From contig OZ243961.1 in the NCBI GenBank assembly GCA_965214605.1, positions 1,376,001 through 1,440,000 on the forward strand: a stretch of DNA of 64,000 bases, in the 5' to 3' direction. Position numbers and translations under genes: made by a program. The stretch is from an uncultured Candidatus Binatia bacterium. GTDB taxonomy: Bacteria; Desulfobacterota; Binatia; Bin18. The first letter of the stretch is position 1; each line of letters begins with the position of its first letter. This document shows positions 60,125 to 64,000 of this stretch, in pieces. The notes under the pieces are model-generated. The model saw only the letters and a program-made list of their open reading frames with translations, had not been told where the DNA came from and did no database searches.

Positions 60125-60410
60125 TCGGACGAGCGCCTGCAGTCCTTTCCTGGTGCACGAACATCAGCAGCTTCAATGAGACACCCCGTCGGTACTTTTG
60201 GCCCCGTTCCTACCTGCGCTCATCAGGCCGGCGGTCACGTCTAGGTAGGGTGACCGCTTGGTTGGCCTTCTCGGGTAACCGGCTCTCCGAACCTAGCCGG
60301 CGTCATACATCTGCAGCCGTCCGCTTGTTTATCACGCAGATCTCGCGAAGACTAAGCGCGGTTTCATGCGCGGCCGCCAAGGCTTTGCTGCCATACTCCC
60401 TGCCTTCATG
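60125..60410 (-). pseudogene. Degraded paralog of the HTH antitoxin at 49012-49329
   Basis: YGSKALAAAHETALSL vs YKSEALAAAHEAALGL, and YLDVTAGL..ERGQK..GVSLKLL vs YLNVTTGL..ERGEK..GTSLKLL. Frameshifted. Confidence 0.8.
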
Positions 60411-60706
60411 AGCGTTCTGTTCCCCATGGCTGCTGCCAAAGCAGGCATCCCGGAAGCTTGCGGAGACGATGCTTGTCCCGAGTGGACGCCGTGCTAACGA
60501 GTATGATGTTCTAGTGATTGGCAATTGCAGCGTGAGCCGCCACACAGAGGCGTGCATATCGAGCAGGGTCCATAAGGTAGGATTAAACTGTTAATTTCTG
60601 TCAAGCAAATAGGTACTTCTGCAACTGAGTATGCTAAGCTCCTCATCACAAAAGACCCCGGCATCAACAGGTTTTGACCCGAGTCGAGCACAGGAGGAGA
60701 TGCAGT

Positions 60707-61993
60707 ATGCAACAGGCTACGATCAATGGAACCCAGTTTGAGACACCGGTCGAAATAAACTTTGAAACTCTGGTTCAGGATGAGAAGATTCACGCCTCGC
60801 TATACACCGACCCCCACATCTTTGAACAAGAACTCGAAAGAATTTTTTACCGGGTCTGGGTGTTTGTCGGTCACGAGAGTGAGATACCCGAACCGGGCGA
60901 CTATGTGACCCGGCAGATCGGTCGCCAACCCGTGCTCATGGTCCGCGACAAATCCGGCGGCGTGTCGGTCTTTCTCAACCGCTGCGCGCACCGTGGCACG
61001 ATGGTCTGCCCGGCAGACTCTGGCAACGCTCGCGCGTTTACCTGCCCCTACCACGGCTGGACGTATAACCTGAGTGGCCAACTGACCGGGGTGCCCTACC
61101 CCGGGGCGTATGGCCCGGACTTCAACAAAAGCGACTATGGCCTCTCGCGGGTCGCGCGCTGCGACAGCTACCGGGGCTTTGTGTTCGCGAGCTTGAGTCC
61201 CCACGGCCCATCGCTCGACGAGCACCTAGGTCACGCCACCCGGCTCATCGACCGCGCATGCGATCTGTCGCCAGAGGGAGAGCTTGACCTAAGTGCCGGT
61301 TGGGTCAAACATCGCTACATGTCAAACTGGAAGATGATTCCCGAGAACGACACCGATGGCTACCATCTGGGCTTTGTGCATATCGCCATTCTCAAAGCGA
61401 CCGGCTCCCACTATCAGCGGTTTGTCGGTGACGAGGGCAGCAACAAGGGCATTCTGCGTGATTGGGGCAACGGTCATACCGAAATTGAATGGGCGCAGGG
61501 TTACCAAAAACCGTTTGAGTGGTTTGGCGCTGCCCCGGACAAATACGCCGCCTACCTGTCGGCGCTTGAGCGTAGCTATGGCAAAGTCGAAGCCCTGCGG
61601 CGTACGTTTGAGGGACCGCCCCACGCCCTGATTTTTCCTAACCTGTTTTTGGCCGAGATGAATATCGCCCTATTTTATCCGCTCAGTGTCGAGGAATCGA
61701 TCCAATGGCATACGCCCATGTTTCTCAAGGGCGCCCCCGAACTGAACACCCGGCTGCTACGCCAAAGCGAAGCAGCTATGGGCCCGGCGTCCTTTCTGCT
61801 GCCGGAAGACATCACCATTGCCAGCCGCAACCAGGCCGGCCTATACGCCCGACAGCCCGAGTGGCTTGAACTGAGCCGCGGTCGCCATCGAGAACACATC
61901 GATGAGGAGGGGTGCATCGTCGCCCATGTGACCGATGAAGTCACCAACCGTGCCTTCTGGAAACACTACCGCTCAGTCATGACCCGGGTCTAA
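60707..61993 (+). CDS. Rieske ring-hydroxylating oxygenase alpha subunit
   Basis: NRCAHRG..CPYHGW Rieske motif, NWK..END.DGYHLGFVH Fe site. RBS AGGAGG. Confidence 0.96.
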   Translation: MQQATINGTQFETPVEINFETLVQDEKIHASLYTDPHIFEQELERIFYRVWVFVGHESEIPEPGDYVTRQIGRQPVLMVRDKSGGVSVFLNRCAHRGTMVCPADSGNARAFTCPYHGWTYNLSGQLTGVPYPGAYGPDFNKSDYGLSRVARCDSYRGFVFASLSPHGPSLDEHLGHATRLIDRACDLSPEGELDLSAGWVKHRYMSNWKMIPENDTDGYHLGFVHIAILKATGSHYQRFVGDEGSNKGILRDWGNGHTEIEWAQGYQKPFEWFGAAPDKYAAYLSALERSYGKVEALRRTFEGPPHALIFPNLFLAEMNIALFYPLSVEESIQWHTPMFLKGAPELNTRLLRQSEAAMGPASFLLPEDITIASRNQAGLYARQPEWLELSRGRHREHIDEEGCIVAHVTDEVTNRAFWKHYRSVMTRV

Positions 61994-61999
61994 AATGCT

Positions 62000-62491
62000 A
62001 TGCTCTCGGACACCGAATATCGCGCGGTTGAAGCGTTTTTATACAAAGAAGCGCGCCTGGCCGATGAGGCGCGCTACGCCGAGTGGGAGGCCCTGTGGGA
62101 AGACGACGCCGTCTATTGGGTTCCCGCCCATCCCAGCGGCACCAGCGATCCCACGCGCCACATGTCGCACATCTATGACAATCGATCCCGCATCGCGACG
62201 CGCATCAAACTCCTCCAGAGTGGACGGCGCTACAGCCAAGAGCCAGCCTCGTTCATGCGGCGGCTGATCTCGAATATTGAAATAGAAAAAACCGACACCG
62301 GCGAGTTCGTAGTCGGCTCAAACTTTCTGTTATTGGAGCTGTCTATCCAGGCCAGACACGAGCTGCGCCAGTGGGGTGGGCGGACGATCCACAAACTGCG
62401 TCAGGGCGACGGGGAACTCAAGATGTTCTGGAAGCAGGTACTGTTGGTCAACGCGGCGGAACCCTTGCCGAACCTGACCTTTCTGGTCTGA
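62000..62491 (+). CDS. Ring-hydroxylating oxygenase beta subunit
   Basis: FLYKEARLADE..W..LW..DAVYWVP, SQEPAS..RRLISNI. Confidence 0.93.
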   Translation: MLSDTEYRAVEAFLYKEARLADEARYAEWEALWEDDAVYWVPAHPSGTSDPTRHMSHIYDNRSRIATRIKLLQSGRRYSQEPASFMRRLISNIEIEKTDTGEFVVGSNFLLLELSIQARHELRQWGGRTIHKLRQGDGELKMFWKQVLLVNAAEPLPNLTFLV

Positions 62492-63426
62492 TGGACAACA
62501 CCGACGGCTTACGCACGTTTGACGCAGCGATCGCCATTATCACAGGTGCCGCGTCCGGCATTGGTCGAGCCTTATCCGAAGAGCTGGCTCGGCGTGGCGC
62601 GCACGTAGTACTAGCCGACCGTCAAATCGCGCTCGCCCAGGAAGTTGTCGCAGGCATCAGCGCCCGCCAAGGGACAGCACGCGCGGTCGAGATCGATGTC
62701 ACCGACTTCTCAACAGTCGAACGGCTAGTCCAGGATACGGCTCACACCCACGGCCGTTTAGACTACCTATTCAATAATGCCGGGCTGGCTGTCGGCGGTG
62801 AAGCAGGCCTGTACCAACGTAAGGACTGGCAGCCGGTACTTGAGGTCAATCTGCACGGTGTCGTCAACGGCGTCCAAGCCGCCTACCCGGTGATGCTGAA
62901 ACAGGGCTACGGTCATATCGTGAATACCGCCTCCATGGCCGGTCTGTGCCCCTCTCCGATGACCGTCAGCTACGCCGCTACCAAACACGCTGTGGTTGGT
63001 CTGTCGACCTCGCTGCGTATCGAAGCCGCCGAGGCGGGTGTACGGGTGAGCGTCTTGTGTCCGGGTCTCATCCGAACCCAGATTCTGCGCGGGGGCGGCA
63101 AATATGGCAAAGACCTCATGAGCCTTTCACCCGAGCAACAAGACAAGCTAGTCGAGCGGCCCAGACCCATGGAGCCGGCCGATTTTGCCCGGCACGCACT
63201 GAACGCGGTGGCCAGCAATAAGGCTATCATTATCATTCCGGGGGGGTGGAAGCTGCTGTGGTGGCTTAACCGCCTCTCCCCTACGCTCATGCTGTGGCTG
63301 AGCCGGCGGATGTACCGCTCAATAAAGTCGCGGTTGGCAGACACAGCTTCTGGCACGTCAAAAGAGGGCGCGTCGCATCCCGAGACAGGGGGGCCGGAGC
63401 CACCACCCTGCTCTGGATGCACGTAG
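62491..63426 (+). CDS. SDR oxidoreductase
   Basis: TGAASGIG, NNAG, YAATK. ATG overlaps the beta-subunit stop codon. Confidence 0.93.
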   Translation: MDNTDGLRTFDAAIAIITGAASGIGRALSEELARRGAHVVLADRQIALAQEVVAGISARQGTARAVEIDVTDFSTVERLVQDTAHTHGRLDYLFNNAGLAVGGEAGLYQRKDWQPVLEVNLHGVVNGVQAAYPVMLKQGYGHIVNTASMAGLCPSPMTVSYAATKHAVVGLSTSLRIEAAEAGVRVSVLCPGLIRTQILRGGGKYGKDLMSLSPEQQDKLVERPRPMEPADFARHALNAVASNKAIIIIPGGWKLLWWLNRLSPTLMLWLSRRMYRSIKSRLADTASGTSKEGASHPETGGPEPPPCSGCT

Positions 63427-63524
63427 GTGGCAGATGTAGGATCTTGTTTAGCAGCGGTATCTGATTCGCCCTGCCATGGGTGGCCGAGTCGTTGGCTCGC
63501 TGGGGAGGGAAGCGAGGTGCTCCG

Positions 63525-64000
63525 TCAGTCACCTGTCTCCTCGCCCTTGGCCCGGGCCAAGTCGGCCCGTAGCGTCCGCGCGGCCATAACATAATGAAAC
63601 GCCGCCCAGACGTTGATCAGCGATACCCCCACCAGGGCATAGCGCAACGACTCGGTGCCATACCGAGGCTGGAGCAGATCGCTGACTACGCCTATCGTTT
63701 GTGGCCCAAAGCCTAGGCCGATGATGTTCAGAATAAACAGCAGCAGGGCTGAAGCCACTGACCGCATACGAACTTGGACCAACCCTTGATTCATGGCGAG
63801 ACTGGGAGCGATAAACACCCCGCCGACAAAAGCCGGAACAATGAAGGTGCTCAACGCTAAGTGGATGTCCGACGCCAGGTACGTAACGAAGCCAAACGGT
63901 ACCATCAGCAGGGTGGCAATCCCAACCATCCAGACATTCCAGCGCACATCGCGCCTGGCCAATCGGTCGGCCAGCAGCCCCCCACCATACGTCCCAAGTC
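63525..64000 (-). CDS. MFS transporter (spinster-like), 5' part outside window
   Basis: GGLLADRLARRDVRW, RMRSVASALLLFILNIIGLGFGP..GVVSDLL, SLRYAL. Confidence 0.88.
   Translation of the reverse strand, partial: LGTYGGGLLADRLARRDVRWNVWMVGIATLLMVPFGFVTYLASDIHLALSTFIVPAFVGGVFIAPSLAMNQGLVQVRMRSVASALLLFILNIIGLGFGPQTIGVVSDLLQPRYGTESLRYALVGVSLINVWAAFHYVMAARTLRADLARAKGEETGD

Noticed and set aside
1-64000. Many 60-230 aa antisense or alternate-frame ORFs, plus a search for cas, tRNA, rRNA and reverse transcriptase genes
   Set aside because: Shadow ORFs are expected at this GC content. No cas, tRNA, rRNA or RT signatures were recognised by eye.

Overview
GC-rich bacterial chromosomal window. Gene order and content suggest a deltaproteobacterial/Binatia-like organism, but this is inference only. 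About 47 kb is housekeeping backbone: ribBA(3' part)-ribH-nusB-leuS-lptE, rpsT/murJ, mazG-rnhC-purN, greA, rimP-nusA-ylxR-infB-DUF503-rbfA-truB-rpsO-pnp-M16 peptidase-dut, the minus-strand run cofC-miaA-accA-pheA-hisC-tyrA-aroA-cmk-rpsA-ihfB-AAA-VWA, and thiolase-rsmD-coaD-aminotransferase. Catabolic and redox genes are interspersed: a DUF35/thiolase pair, SDRs, an epoxide hydrolase, a FAD oxidase, two luciferase-like monooxygenases, a Rieske oxygenase and transporters. At about 46.9-53.5 kb lies a heavily decayed integrated plasmid-like element with parA/parG, Rpn, ColE2-type replicase, type I hsdM/hsdS and tyrosine integrase remnants. Its only intact genes are a RelE/HTH toxin-antitoxin pair. 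Items invisible in the ORF track include an orphan two-repeat CRISPR-like unit (28-bp perfect repeat, 33-bp spacer) after dut, a 105-nt inverted-repeat-bounded structure upstream of the DUF35 gene, a 41-aa membrane peptide after the NSS transporter, a degenerate DHBP-synthase motif in RibBA, and several pseudogenes. I found no rRNA, tRNA or cas genes. I cannot demonstrate a complete new system. The best leads are the orphan mini-array, the CobW-NIPSNAP-LLM-NSS-small-protein cluster and the AAA/VWA/ferritin-like cluster. All family calls come from motif recognition, not database searches.
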